The translations under genes were made by a program, and so were the position numbers. Positions 15,780 to 24,000 of a stretch of 24,000 nucleotides of DNA are shown here, piece after piece. Below the pieces are notes generated by a model that worked only from the letters and a program-made list of their open reading frames with translations, ran no database searches and was not told the DNA's origin. Position 1 is the first letter of the stretch. The number at the start of each line of letters is the position of its first letter. This DNA comes from an uncultured Lachnospiraceae bacterium (GTDB taxonomy: Bacteria; Bacillota; Clostridia; Lachnospirales; Lachnospiraceae): assembly GCA_946414825.1 (NCBI GenBank), contig CAMKQB010000011.1, positions 13,120-37,119 on the forward strand, read 5' to 3'.

Positions 15780-16523
15780 TTACTCTGCATCTTCAGCTGT
15801 CTCAACTGCCTCAGCCTCTACTTCTTCCTCTGCCTCTGTAACACCCTCGTTAGCTTCGATAACAGCGTCCGCAAGCTTTGAAACGATAAGCTTTACTGCA
15901 CGAATAGCATCATCGTTACCTGGGATTACATAGTCAAGATCATCAGGATCACAGTTTGTATCTGCAATACCGATAAGAGGAATTCCAAGAGCATGTGCCT
16001 CCTGAACGCAGATTCTTTCCTTGTGAGGATCAACTACGAATATAATGTCAGGGAGCTTCTTCATATCTTCGATACCACCGATATTCTTCTGAAGCTTCTC
16101 CATTTCCTTCTTAATATTAACAACTTCCTTCTTAGGAAGAGCCTCAAATGTACCATCCTCTTCCATCTTCTTATACTTCTTGAATGTCTCAATTCTTGAC
16201 TGAATTGTCTTGAAGTTTGTGAGCATACCACCTAACCATCTCTGGTTTACGAAGTACATACCACATCTCTCAGCCTCAGACTGGATTGAGTCCTGAGCCT
16301 GCTTCTTTGTACCTACGAACAGAACTGTACCACCATTAGCAACAGTATCAAATACTGCCTTGTAAGCCTCATCCATCTTACCAACTGTCTTCTGAAGGTC
16401 GATGATGTGGATGTTGTTACGCTCTGTGTAGATGTACTCATCCATCTTAGGGTTCCATCTTCTTGTCTGGTGACCAAAGTGAACACCTGCCTCGAGTAAC
16501 TGTTTCATTGAAATAACGCTCAT
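15780..16523 (-). CDS. rpsB: 30S ribosomal protein S2
   Basis: 247 aa. [22 protein letters not shown], with an acidic C-terminal tail. AGGAGG 7 nt upstream of the ATG. Confidence 0.96.
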   Translation of the reverse strand: MSVISMKQLLEAGVHFGHQTRRWNPKMDEYIYTERNNIHIIDLQKTVGKMDEAYKAVFDTVANGGTVLFVGTKKQAQDSIQSEAERCGMYFVNQRWLGGMLTNFKTIQSRIETFKKYKKMEEDGTFEALPKKEVVNIKKEMEKLQKNIGGIEDMKKLPDIIFVVDPHKERICVQEAHALGIPLIGIADTNCDPDDLDYVIPGNDDAIRAVKLIVSKLADAVIEANEGVTEAEEEVEAEAVETAEDAE

Positions 16524-16661
16524 AATATACCTCCTGGTTTTTCTTCTGTGGACCTGTCTTTAAAATATGTTCACCACAAATAGTCCATGGGACTACCGAG
16601 CAAGTGGCACCTTATATTAAAATCCACATGTTTATTTTCACGGCCCAAAGCCGCAACGAGT

Positions 16662-16690
16662 ATAATAACATAAGAAAACCCCTAATGCAA
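16662..16690 (-). promoter_or_regulatory. Candidate sigma-A promoter for rpsB-tsf (TTGCAT, 17-nt spacer, extended -10 TGtTATTAT)
   Basis: On the minus strand: TTGCAT (16690-16685, inside the upstream terminator loop), a 17-nt spacer, then TATTAT (16667-16662) preceded by TGT. This implies a leader of about 130 nt before ATG 16523. Sequence match only. Confidence 0.4.
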
Positions 16691-16699
16691 GGGGTTTTC
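16667..16699 (-). terminator. Rho-independent terminator after the 16730-17296 gene
   Basis: The minus strand reads GAAAACCCC TTGCATTA GGGGTTTTC TTATGTT: a 9-bp stem followed by a U-rich tail, 30 nt after the stop. Confidence 0.7.
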
Positions 16700-16729
16700 G
16701 AAAGAAACTATTATAATTTTAATACCTCA

Positions 16730-17296
16730 TTACTCTCCCTGAGTAGTAAGTATCTTAGCTATCTCTTCATTGCTTGAACCTGACTTGATTTTAAATGTAC
16801 CAATGTGCAGATTTGAATCATATCCCTTTGAGATAAGCCATGAGTTATACTCAGTTGCAGAATCAACAAGTCCTGCCTGCTCCAGTAATGAAGCAATATT
16901 TTCAGAAGTCATTCCGGAAGTAACTGTTATCTCCTTATCGCCAGAAGCCTTGTCTTCCTTCTTGTCCTCTTTGTCCTCGTTCTTCTCTTCCTCAGGCTGA
17001 GCCTCAGTGGTTTCCTCTGTAGTAGCTTCTGTGGTTACTTCCTCGGTTGTAGCTTCTGTAGTTGCCTCTGTGGTAGCCTCTGTCGTAGCTTCTGTAGTTG
17101 CCTCTGTGGTAGCCTCAGTTGTAGCTTCTGTGGTTGCTTCAGTAGTTGCCTCTGTAGTCTCTTCCTCTGTAGTCTCAACTACCGCCCTGTCATTTTTACC
17201 TTTATCATCAGCACCGGTTGTAGCAAATGCACCGTACATAACGCCGGCTCCAATAAGAATGCCTATACCGATACCTCTAAGCATATATTTTCTCAT
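16730..17296 (-). CDS. Membrane-anchored protein with a (TTEA)n linker and a C-terminal domain resembling the N-terminal LysM-like domain of YceG/MltG
   Basis: 188 aa. N-terminal hydrophobic anchor LRGIGIGILIGAGVMYGAF. Nine perfect TTEA repeats plus degenerate ones. C-terminal ITVTSGMTSENIASLLEQAGLVDSATEYNSWLISKGYDSNLHIGTFKIKSG..EEIAKIL. The domain call is from memory of the family and is of low certainty. Confidence 0.7.
   Translation of the reverse strand: MRKYMLRGIGIGILIGAGVMYGAFATTGADDKGKNDRAVVETTEEETTEATTEATTEATTEATTEATTEATTEATTEATTEATTEEVTTEATTEETTEAQPEEEKNEDKEDKKEDKASGDKEITVTSGMTSENIASLLEQAGLVDSATEYNSWLISKGYDSNLHIGTFKIKSGSSNEEIAKILTTQGE
17015..17170. repeat. In-frame 12-bp tandem repeat (36-bp higher-order unit) encoding the TTEA repeats
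   Basis: gttgtagcttctgtagttgcctctgtggtagcctct-type units are repeated with synonymous variation. They lie inside the CDS 16730-17296. Boundaries are approximate. Confidence 0.8.
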
Positions 17297-17301
17297 ACGA
17301 T

Positions 17302-18345
17302 TTACTCTCCCTGCTGCTTATCTATAATAGCTTTAACCTCACCAACACCGATTCCAAGAACCTTAGATATCTCTATGATACTTAGTCCAGCGTTGAACAT
17401 TTCCATTATATTTCCAGCTGTATCACCATCAGCCAGGTTTATTCCCTCAGCCTCAAGTATCTCATTAAGATCAGGAGTCTCAACCTTTGAAGAATCCTCT
17501 GAAGGAGCCTCTTCCTTTACCTCTTCCTGTGCAGGTGCTTCTTCCTTAGCTTCTTCCTGCTTTGGAGCTTCCTCTACAGGAGCTTCAGCAGCCTCTTCAG
17601 GTGCAGGCTCAGCGTTCTTCTTCTTATTCTTTTTATTTCTCTTCTTCTTTTTGCCTAACTTGGATTCCTTCTCCTGCTCAGCTATCATATCTTCATTAAC
17701 GAACTCAACAGGTCCCTTAAGGATTTCTGTCTCAGCCTCACTACTTGGAGTCTCCGCTGGAGCCTCTGCCTGAACAGTAGCTGCTACTGCTGCACTAGCT
17801 GCTGCTGCAGCTGCAAGCTTCTCAGCCTCTTCTCTCTTAGCTGTAAGCTGTGAATCCATATCCTGAATCTCTGACTTAAGCTTATCAAGGCCTTCCTTAT
17901 ATTCATCAACTATTCCAAGAGATGTCTTGATATCCTTCTCCTTATCGCTTACCTTCTTGTACAGGTCCTCAAGCTCAGCCTTATTCTTATTGATATCTTC
18001 TGTAACTTCGTTATAGTACTTCTCAAGCTTCTGAGTATCCTCAGTTGCTCTTTCATCTATCTTACCAAGGTTTTCAGCAAGTTTTTCACCAATTGCTTTG
18101 TCGCTATTCTTGATCTCTGAATCAATAGCTTCCTTAATGCTGTCTGATACATTTTCCTTGATTTTCTTCTTGCTGTATTCCTTGATGTGCTTATCTGCAA
18201 GGCCTTCCAAATGCTTCTTATCAGCATCACTAAGCTCTGTAGGAATATTAGGATTTACCTTTTCCTCTTCCTTCGGTGTAAGAACAAAGCTTACTACGAT
18301 AGCTATAATACCGATGACAATAAGTGTAATAACTGCAACATTCAT
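17302..18345 (-). CDS. Hypothetical membrane-anchored coiled-coil protein with a low-complexity A/E/P/K region and a small C-terminal HTH-like domain
   Basis: 347 aa. N-terminal TM segment VAVITLIVIGIIAIVVSFVL. Heptad-like K/E-rich segment. The C-terminus is NIMEMFNAGLSIIEISKVLGIGVGEVKAIIDKQ. Its stop is 5 nt before the next gene's start. Confidence 0.65.
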   Translation of the reverse strand: MNVAVITLIVIGIIAIVVSFVLTPKEEEKVNPNIPTELSDADKKHLEGLADKHIKEYSKKKIKENVSDSIKEAIDSEIKNSDKAIGEKLAENLGKIDERATEDTQKLEKYYNEVTEDINKNKAELEDLYKKVSDKEKDIKTSLGIVDEYKEGLDKLKSEIQDMDSQLTAKREEAEKLAAAAAASAAVAATVQAEAPAETPSSEAETEILKGPVEFVNEDMIAEQEKESKLGKKKKRNKKNKKKNAEPAPEEAAEAPVEEAPKQEEAKEEAPAQEEVKEEAPSEDSSKVETPDLNEILEAEGINLADGDTAGNIMEMFNAGLSIIEISKVLGIGVGEVKAIIDKQQGE

Positions 18346-18370
18346 ACTTTTCTTCCCTCTTTATATATTA

Positions 18371-20431
18371 TTAATCCTCTTCCGGTCTATCTTCTGTGTA
18401 ACCACATTCATTATCTGAACAAACTATCTTCTTGCCCTTAATAATCATGTACTTTCCACATTTAGGACATTTCTTATTGACCAGTCTATTCCATGAAGTG
18501 AATTCACATTCCGGATAATTTATACAGCCATAGAATGGGCGTCCCTTTCTAGTGGTCTTTCTAACTATATCACCACCACAATCAGGACAAGCCACGCCAA
18601 TCTTCTCAAAATATGGTTTTGTGAACCTACATTCTGGGAAGTTTGGACAAGCCAGAAACTTACCGTAAGCACCATACTTGATTACCAACTGAGCTCCGCA
18701 ATCTTCACAATACTCATCGCTGACCTCGTCAGCTATCTTGATCTTCTCAAGATTCTCGGAAGCATGCTTTATCTCATTTTCAAGGTCTGGGTAGAAGTTT
18801 CTTACAACAACCTTCCAGTCTGTTTTTCCTTCGCCTATGCTATCCAGAAGAGTTTCCATATTAGCAGTAAAGTCTATATCTACTATCTCCGGGAAGGCAG
18901 TTTCCATTACATTGTTTACAACCTGACCTAGTTCAGTTATATATAGATTTTTCTGCTCCTTAACAATATATCGCCTATTGAGCAAAGTTGCAATAGTTGG
19001 GGCATAAGTTGATGGCCTTCCGATACCATTTTCTTCCATTGTACGAACCAGAAGTGATTCGGTATAATGTGAAGGTGGCTCGGTGAAATGTTGAATTGTC
19101 CTGATTTCTTCACAGTCAAGCTTATCGCCCTTCTGGATTCCACCAAGATTCACAGCCTTCTTAGTCTTCTCTTCTTCTGTATTATAAACATTTTGATATC
19201 CTGCAAATGTCACTGTACTGCTGGATGTCTTGAACAAGCTATCATCCGCTGAAATAGTAACAGTGTAAATGCTATATTCCGCAGGCTTCATTCTACTGCC
19301 AACGAATCTTTCATATATAAGCTTGTAGAGCTTATACTGCTCGGCTGTCACATTTCCCTTAAGCACTGCAGGTGTAATTGTCACATCAGTAGGTCTGATG
19401 GCCTCATGAGCGTCCTGAATATTCTTTGCCTTATCTCCGGTTGACTCTGTCTTCTCAGCCTCGTACTCCGCTCCAAAGGTATCACGTATATACTGTCTGA
19501 CATTTGCATCCGCCTCTTCTGAGATACGAGTCGAATCCGTTCTCAGGTATGTAATAAGACCAACAGTTCCTCTTCCCTTTATCTCAACACCTTCATAGAG
19601 CTGCTGAGCAACTCTCATGGTTTTTGAGGTCGAGAAATTGATCTTGCTTGCTGCTGTCTGCTGAAGTGTACTAGTTGTAAATGGCACAGGCGATTTCTTA
19701 GTTCTAGTAGAAGTCTTGATATCACTAACAATGAAGTCACTCTTCATCAGCTTCTTCTTCAGATTCTCAGCTTCCTTGCCGTCTGCTATCTCACCCTTAT
19801 ATTCAAAGGATACAAGTCCCTTCTGTCCAGGAACCTTAACATCGGCCTCTATAGTCCAGTATTCCTTAGGAATAAATGCATCTATTTCTTTTTCTCTATC
19901 TGAAATCATCTTAAGTGCAACGGACTGAACTCTTCCGGCAGAGAGACTCTTCTTACCTAGCTTCTCCCAAAGAAGTGGACTTATTTCATAGCCCACGAGT
20001 CTATCTACGACTCTTCTGGCCTGCTGTGCATCTACAAGATCCATGTCAACAGTACGTGCATTCTTAATAGAAGTTTTTACTGCATTTTTGGTAATCTCAT
20101 TAAATGTTATTCTCTTAAACTTCTTATCCTCAAGCTTAAGAGCAACTGATAAATGATATGATATAGCCTCTCCCTCGCGGTCCGGGTCTGTTGCGAGATA
20201 AACAAAGTCGGCCTTTTTAGAAGCCTTCTTGAGTGTAGCAAGAAGTTCACCCTTTCCTCTAATAGTAATATAATGAGGCTCATAGTCATTCTCTATGTCG
20301 ATTCCCATACTACTTTTAGGAAGATCTCTTATATGTCCTTCTGAGGCAATAACATCATAGTTTTTACCTAAGAATTTCTTAATAGTCTTTGCCTTGGTAG
20401 GCGACTCAACAATGACAAGATTTTTAGCCAT
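18371..20431 (-). CDS. topA: DNA topoisomerase I
   Basis: 686 aa. Toprim N-terminus LVIVESPTKAKTIKKFLG. Active-site Tyr region GLITYLRTDSTRIS. Three C-terminal Cys4 zinc ribbons (CEDCG...CPNFPEC, CPDCG...CINYPEC, CPKCG...CSDNEC). Confidence 0.96.
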   Translation of the reverse strand: MAKNLVIVESPTKAKTIKKFLGKNYDVIASEGHIRDLPKSSMGIDIENDYEPHYITIRGKGELLATLKKASKKADFVYLATDPDREGEAISYHLSVALKLEDKKFKRITFNEITKNAVKTSIKNARTVDMDLVDAQQARRVVDRLVGYEISPLLWEKLGKKSLSAGRVQSVALKMISDREKEIDAFIPKEYWTIEADVKVPGQKGLVSFEYKGEIADGKEAENLKKKLMKSDFIVSDIKTSTRTKKSPVPFTTSTLQQTAASKINFSTSKTMRVAQQLYEGVEIKGRGTVGLITYLRTDSTRISEEADANVRQYIRDTFGAEYEAEKTESTGDKAKNIQDAHEAIRPTDVTITPAVLKGNVTAEQYKLYKLIYERFVGSRMKPAEYSIYTVTISADDSLFKTSSSTVTFAGYQNVYNTEEEKTKKAVNLGGIQKGDKLDCEEIRTIQHFTEPPSHYTESLLVRTMEENGIGRPSTYAPTIATLLNRRYIVKEQKNLYITELGQVVNNVMETAFPEIVDIDFTANMETLLDSIGEGKTDWKVVVRNFYPDLENEIKHASENLEKIKIADEVSDEYCEDCGAQLVIKYGAYGKFLACPNFPECRFTKPYFEKIGVACPDCGGDIVRKTTRKGRPFYGCINYPECEFTSWNRLVNKKCPKCGKYMIIKGKKIVCSDNECGYTEDRPEED

Positions 20432-20483
20432 TTTCGTCCTCCATCATTATCATATAAACAAAACCCCTGTTAGCTGATTCGAC

Positions 20484-20512
20484 ACTATACACCATTTTTT
20501 TTGAGTTATCAA
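20484..20512 (-). promoter_or_regulatory. Candidate sigma-A promoter for topA (TTGATA, 17-nt spacer, TATAGT)
   Basis: On the minus strand: TTGATA (20512-20507), a 17-nt spacer ending in TG, then TATAGT (20489-20484). It lies in the 93-nt gap between dprA and topA. Sequence match only. Confidence 0.45.
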
Positions 20513-20524
20513 GGGGAGATTTTT

Positions 20525-21682
20525 TCAGCTTAATATATAGTAGCCTTTTTCGACGCACTTTATTTTGTCCTTTGAAACAAGCTGATTTAATGTCTGAATC
20601 GTCTCTGCAACATGCATTTCATTATGTCTGATAATGTCATCTATGAAGAGGGGCTCGTATCCCAAAATGCCAATTATTTTCTTCTCTGTAGCCGTCATTT
20701 TCGTATCCTCCTCAACTGCCTTCTTCCGACTCTTCCGTCTTGGCCGCTCCACCTCCAGTTCTGACTTAAACATATCCAGAATAACATCCGTCGGACTATC
20801 CACCAGCATCGCCCCCTGCTTGATAATGCTATTAACTCCTCTGGACATTACATCCGTCGGTCTGCCCGGAATACCATATATACTCTTCCCCTGTTCCAGT
20901 GCATAGTCCGCAGTAATAAGCGTCCCACTCCTGAGAGCTGCCTCCACCAGAAGCACTCCATCTGATAGACCGCTTATTATCCTGTTCCTAAGAGGAAAAT
21001 GCTGAGAGATATGAGCTGTGCCAGGCTCGTACTCTGAAATCACCAGTTGGGTGTTGCACATTTCCTGATATATCGACATATTCGTCCTTGGATAACATAT
21101 ATCTACTCCGCCGCCAAGGACAGCAATCGTACCTCCGCCATTTTTTATAGCAGTGTCATGTGCCTTGGAATCTATCCCGTAAGCCATTCCGCTAATTATT
21201 GTTATCCCCTTAATAGCAAGCTCTGCGCTGAAATGCTCCGCCTGAGTTACTCCGTAGTGAGTAGGTCTTCTACTACCTATTATTGCTATACTGTGCTCCG
21301 AGTAGAACAGGTCCTGTTTTCCCCGAAAATATAGAGCAAGGGGACTATGATCAATACACCTAAGCTTATCCGGGTACATCTCATTTGCCGGGGTTAGGCA
21401 TTTTATCTTATTACTATTCATTAGCTTCGTCAGATTATCGTACCACCCAGCTATATCTGACTCCCTTATTTCTGTGCCGGTGCTCTGCTTCAGCACGCCC
21501 TTACTTACCAGCATGTCCAGTTCACTGTCGTCTTTCAGATTCCTTACTATCTCAACCTCGTCTCCGTACAGCTTTCTGAGTATCTGTATATCTCTTATTC
21601 GAAATGTAGTCAGGTGATTCAGCCACATATTAGCAATATCGCCTGCCGTTCTCTCACTTCCTGCCAGTTCCTCCAGTATCAT
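20525..21682 (-). CDS. dprA: DNA-processing protein DprA (Smf)
   Basis: 385 aa. Rossmann-like DprA core IAIIGSRRPTHYGVTQAEHFSAELAIKGITIISGMAYGIDSKAHDTAIKNGGGTIAVLGGGVD. ATGA overlap with the comM stop. Confidence 0.92.
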   Translation of the reverse strand: MILEELAGSERTAGDIANMWLNHLTTFRIRDIQILRKLYGDEVEIVRNLKDDSELDMLVSKGVLKQSTGTEIRESDIAGWYDNLTKLMNSNKIKCLTPANEMYPDKLRCIDHSPLALYFRGKQDLFYSEHSIAIIGSRRPTHYGVTQAEHFSAELAIKGITIISGMAYGIDSKAHDTAIKNGGGTIAVLGGGVDICYPRTNMSIYQEMCNTQLVISEYEPGTAHISQHFPLRNRIISGLSDGVLLVEAALRSGTLITADYALEQGKSIYGIPGRPTDVMSRGVNSIIKQGAMLVDSPTDVILDMFKSELEVERPRRKSRKKAVEEDTKMTATEKKIIGILGYEPLFIDDIIRHNEMHVAETIQTLNQLVSKDKIKCVEKGYYILS

Positions 21683-23226
21683 ATCATGTTCCTCCCCGCT
21701 TCTGATTCGTTTCTATAAAATGTCGCCTCTATTATGTCAGCGTCCCATATCTCCTCTCTATCCTCGATATCGGCTATGGTTCTTATGAGACGTAGTATCC
21801 GAAAATATCCCCTGGCCGATATATCATTACTCTCATAATATTCCCTCAGACTTTTCTGCTGACCTTCACTTAGATGGATGTACTTATCTATCTTACTCTG
21901 GGGTAACTGGGAGTTGAAATCAAAGTCTTCGTCCTTATAGCGCCTAAGCTGTCTGTCTCTGGCGCGACTTATCATTTCTCTTGCTTCCGCGGAGCTGATA
22001 CATTTCTCATCGCTCATTAGTTCGTCGAAATTCACATTTCTCACTTCCAGTCGTATGTCGATCCTATCCATGATTGGATGGCTTATCTTGTTCTGATATC
22101 TATAGATTTCACCCATATTGCATCTGCAACGCTTCCTGTCCGGATAGAAGCCACACGGACAATTGTTTCTAGCTGAGACCAGCATGAAGTCCGCCGGAAA
22201 TGTATATGAGGCCTTAACTCTTGAAATATTTATAACCTTGTCCTCCATAGGCTGTCTCAGGCTCTCTACTATCCCTCTACTAAATTCCGGAAATTCGTCT
22301 AGAAATAGAACCCCTGAATTAGCAAGACTCACCTCTCCTGGCTTCGGACTTGCGCCTCCTCCAAGTAGGGCGACCTGAGAGATATTCTGGTTGAGACTTC
22401 TGAAAGGACGACGGCTAACAAATCTCATTTCATTATTAAGTAGCCCCGCTACACTATATATCTTCGTAAGCTTCATGCTCTCCTCATACGTAAGGGGCGG
22501 CATAAGACCTGGGATACATTTAGCTATCATAGATTTACCTGAGCCTGCTGAGCCCGTCATTATAATGTTATGAAAGCCTGCGACCGCAATAATAATGCCC
22601 CGCTTAAGTGTCTCCTGGCCTTTTACATTTACCAGATCATTCGCTGTATCTGTCCTGTCAAATGTATCTATCCTTTCTGGCTTAAAGGTATCCGGCCACA
22701 CTCCGCTACTGATAATACCTATCATTTCCTCAAGGCTTAGTATTGGAATAATATCTATTCCCTTTACAAAAGAAGCTTCATCTGCATTTTCATCAGGAAG
22801 AATAACTCTCTTTATTCCCTGCTTCTCTGCGTAATCGACTATAGGAAGCACACCTCTTACTGGCAACACCTTCCCGTCCAGACCCAGCTCTCCAATAATA
22901 AGAGTATTCTCCAGATCACTATTTAGTTTTTCATTTTCAGGAAATATCTCCATAGATAAAAGTATGCCTACTGCGATAGCCAGGTCATAGCCTGCGCCAT
23001 CCTTCCTGACATCCGCCGGAGATAAATTGACAGTTATTTTACGTGAAGGTATAGGCATGCCCGAATTCTTCATTGCCGTCTTGACCCTCTCCCCTGCTTC
23101 CTTAACAGAGGATGCCAAATAACCAACAAGATTTAGCCCTGGTATTCCTAGGCTGATATCCGTCTCAACAGTGATTATCATGCCATCAATTCCCAGAGCT
23201 GTTCCGCTTAAGATTTTACTATACAT
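21679..23226 (-). CDS. comM: YifB/ComM-family Mg-chelatase-like AAA+ ATPase
   Basis: N-terminal Lon-protease-like domain, Walker A MTGSAGSGKSM and Walker B VLFLDEFPEF. The ORF track starts at GTG 23262, but ATG 23226 (MYSKILSGTALGIDG...) has GGAG 7 nt upstream and matches the usual family N-terminus. Confidence 0.92.
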   Translation of the reverse strand: MYSKILSGTALGIDGMIITVETDISLGIPGLNLVGYLASSVKEAGERVKTAMKNSGMPIPSRKITVNLSPADVRKDGAGYDLAIAVGILLSMEIFPENEKLNSDLENTLIIGELGLDGKVLPVRGVLPIVDYAEKQGIKRVILPDENADEASFVKGIDIIPILSLEEMIGIISSGVWPDTFKPERIDTFDRTDTANDLVNVKGQETLKRGIIIAVAGFHNIIMTGSAGSGKSMIAKCIPGLMPPLTYEESMKLTKIYSVAGLLNNEMRFVSRRPFRSLNQNISQVALLGGGASPKPGEVSLANSGVLFLDEFPEFSRGIVESLRQPMEDKVINISRVKASYTFPADFMLVSARNNCPCGFYPDRKRCRCNMGEIYRYQNKISHPIMDRIDIRLEVRNVNFDELMSDEKCISSAEAREMISRARDRQLRRYKDEDFDFNSQLPQSKIDKYIHLSEGQQKSLREYYESNDISARGYFRILRLIRTIADIEDREEIWDADIIEATFYRNESEAGRNMI

Positions 23227-23266
23227 TGTTTTGCTCCATTTCCCGTCTCTCAGGAGCGTCACAATT

Positions 23267-23295
23267 ATTCTATGAAATGGACCTTCGATTTACAA
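23267..23295 (-). promoter_or_regulatory. Candidate sigma-A promoter for comM-dprA (TTGTAA, 17-nt spacer, TAGAAT)
   Basis: On the minus strand: TTGTAA (23295-23290), a 17-nt spacer, then TAGAAT (23272-23267). It lies immediately after the upstream terminator. Sequence match only. Confidence 0.4.
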
Positions 23296-23296
23296 C

Positions 23297-23348
23297 ATAA
23301 AAATAACAGCTTTTGTATAGATTCTGTGAACTATGCTACAAAAGCTGT
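23297..23348 (-). terminator. Rho-independent terminator after the CobW-like gene
   Basis: The minus strand reads ACAGCTTTTGTA (23348-23337) ... TACAAAAGCTGT (23317-23306): a perfect 12-bp stem with a 19-nt loop, followed by TATTTTTAT. Confidence 0.7.
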
Positions 23349-23376
23349 CATTTCTTCGTATTATGTAAACTATTAA

Positions 23377-24000
23377 TTAATTGAAGTATACAAGATCATC
23401 CTTAGCAGGTCCTGTTATCGCTACACTATCTGCATAAATTACAGGTCCCTCGCCCTGGAACTCAGGATAGAATTCCTTCTTGATAGTACCTTCTACAATT
23501 ATCCAGTCTCTATCCGTAAATGCGGCAATACCCTTGTAATATGCCTTAAAGCCAATAAATGCTATATCGTTCGCACAACAAGTCATTGCAAATCTTCCTG
23601 GAACGAATTCACCGTCTTCATAATTAGATGGCTTATGGAACTGAGCCTTGAACTTTATCTTCTTGCCTAGGTACTTATCTGGATTATCCGCTGCATCTAT
23701 ATAGAAGATACCAAAATCTTCTTCCTCAAGAACTATCTCAGGCTGTTCTAGATCATAAGGAAGAATAACTTCCTCCTCCACCTGAAGCGGACGTCCTGAC
23801 TTATCCTCGAAGATAACCTGGCCACGTCTATTTACGGCTCTGATGCTTCTTCTATATTCCGCAGTCTTAGTATTCTCATCACATCTGTTGAAGATAATCA
23901 TATCGGCATTTCTTAGCTGATCCATCATTATCTTCTTCATGTTATTTACATATACATCAAAGGTAGTTGCATCAACAAATGAGATAACCTGAACCACTGT
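23377..24000 (-). CDS. G3E/CobW-like GTPase C-terminal portion fused to a Cys-motif domain (5' end probably outside the window)
   Basis: The frame is open to the window edge. VISFVDATTFDVY...MMDQLRNADMIIFNRCD resembles the G3E-family VVDA...Q...AD...NKxD segment. The C-terminal FVPGRFAMTCCANDIAFIGFKAYY resembles the TCCxxD motif I associate with DUF1980/YcgQ-type domains. Both family calls are from memory and of moderate certainty. Confidence 0.6.
   Translation of the reverse strand, partial: TVVQVISFVDATTFDVYVNNMKKIMMDQLRNADMIIFNRCDENTKTAEYRRSIRAVNRRGQVIFEDKSGRPLQVEEEVILPYDLEQPEIVLEEEDFGIFYIDAADNPDKYLGKKIKFKAQFHKPSNYEDGEFVPGRFAMTCCANDIAFIGFKAYYKGIAAFTDRDWIIVEGTIKKEFYPEFQGEGPVIYADSVAITGPAKDDLVYFN

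Noticed and set aside
17015-17170. Non-coding tandem repeat, or the antisense ORF 17007-17327 (VVAS repeats)
   Set aside because: The repeat is in frame within the minus-strand CDS 16730-17296, which has a proper anchor, RBS context and C-terminal domain. The plus-strand ORF is its mirror image.
20525-23226. comM-dprA as a novel competence or DNA-uptake system
   Set aside because: Both are widespread, well-described families that are commonly adjacent to topA in Firmicutes. Nothing here is unusual beyond the ATGA coupling.

Overview
This window looks like a core housekeeping region of a low-GC Firmicute; Clostridia/Lachnospiraceae-like is my inference from gene content and codon and GC style only. 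All but one gene lie on the minus strand. In minus-strand transcription order they are: a CobW-like GTPase (partial), comM/yifB, dprA, topA, two membrane-anchored low-complexity proteins, rpsB, tsf, an M24 Xaa-Pro peptidase, a hypothetical membrane protein, rimP, nusA, a fused ylxR-L7Ae gene, infB, rbfA, a DHH phosphoesterase, truB, ribF, tRNA-Arg(CCG), a hypothetical membrane protein, then (after a plus-strand Lrp/AsnC regulator) an RsuA/RluB-type pseudouridine synthase and ligA (partial). Four gene junctions are ATGA start/stop overlaps: 1715-1718, 5065-5068, 10075-10078 and 21679-21682. I see no defence, toxin, CRISPR, integrase or other accessory multi-gene system, and I do not want to invent one. 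The parts that known features do not explain are non-coding. (1) A 244-bp insert of GC-rich hairpin-dense modules lies right after tRNA-Arg, bracketed by a 17-nt duplication of the tRNA 3' end. (2) A family of four exactly 31-nt palindromic units flanks the hypothetical gene between pepP-like and rimP. (3) An intrinsic terminator sits in the only path of transcription into rimP-nusA-infB. Smaller oddities are the YlxR-L7Ae fusion, an apparent insertion in EF-Ts and a TTEA-repeat protein. Several ORF-track starts appear over-extended and are corrected below.
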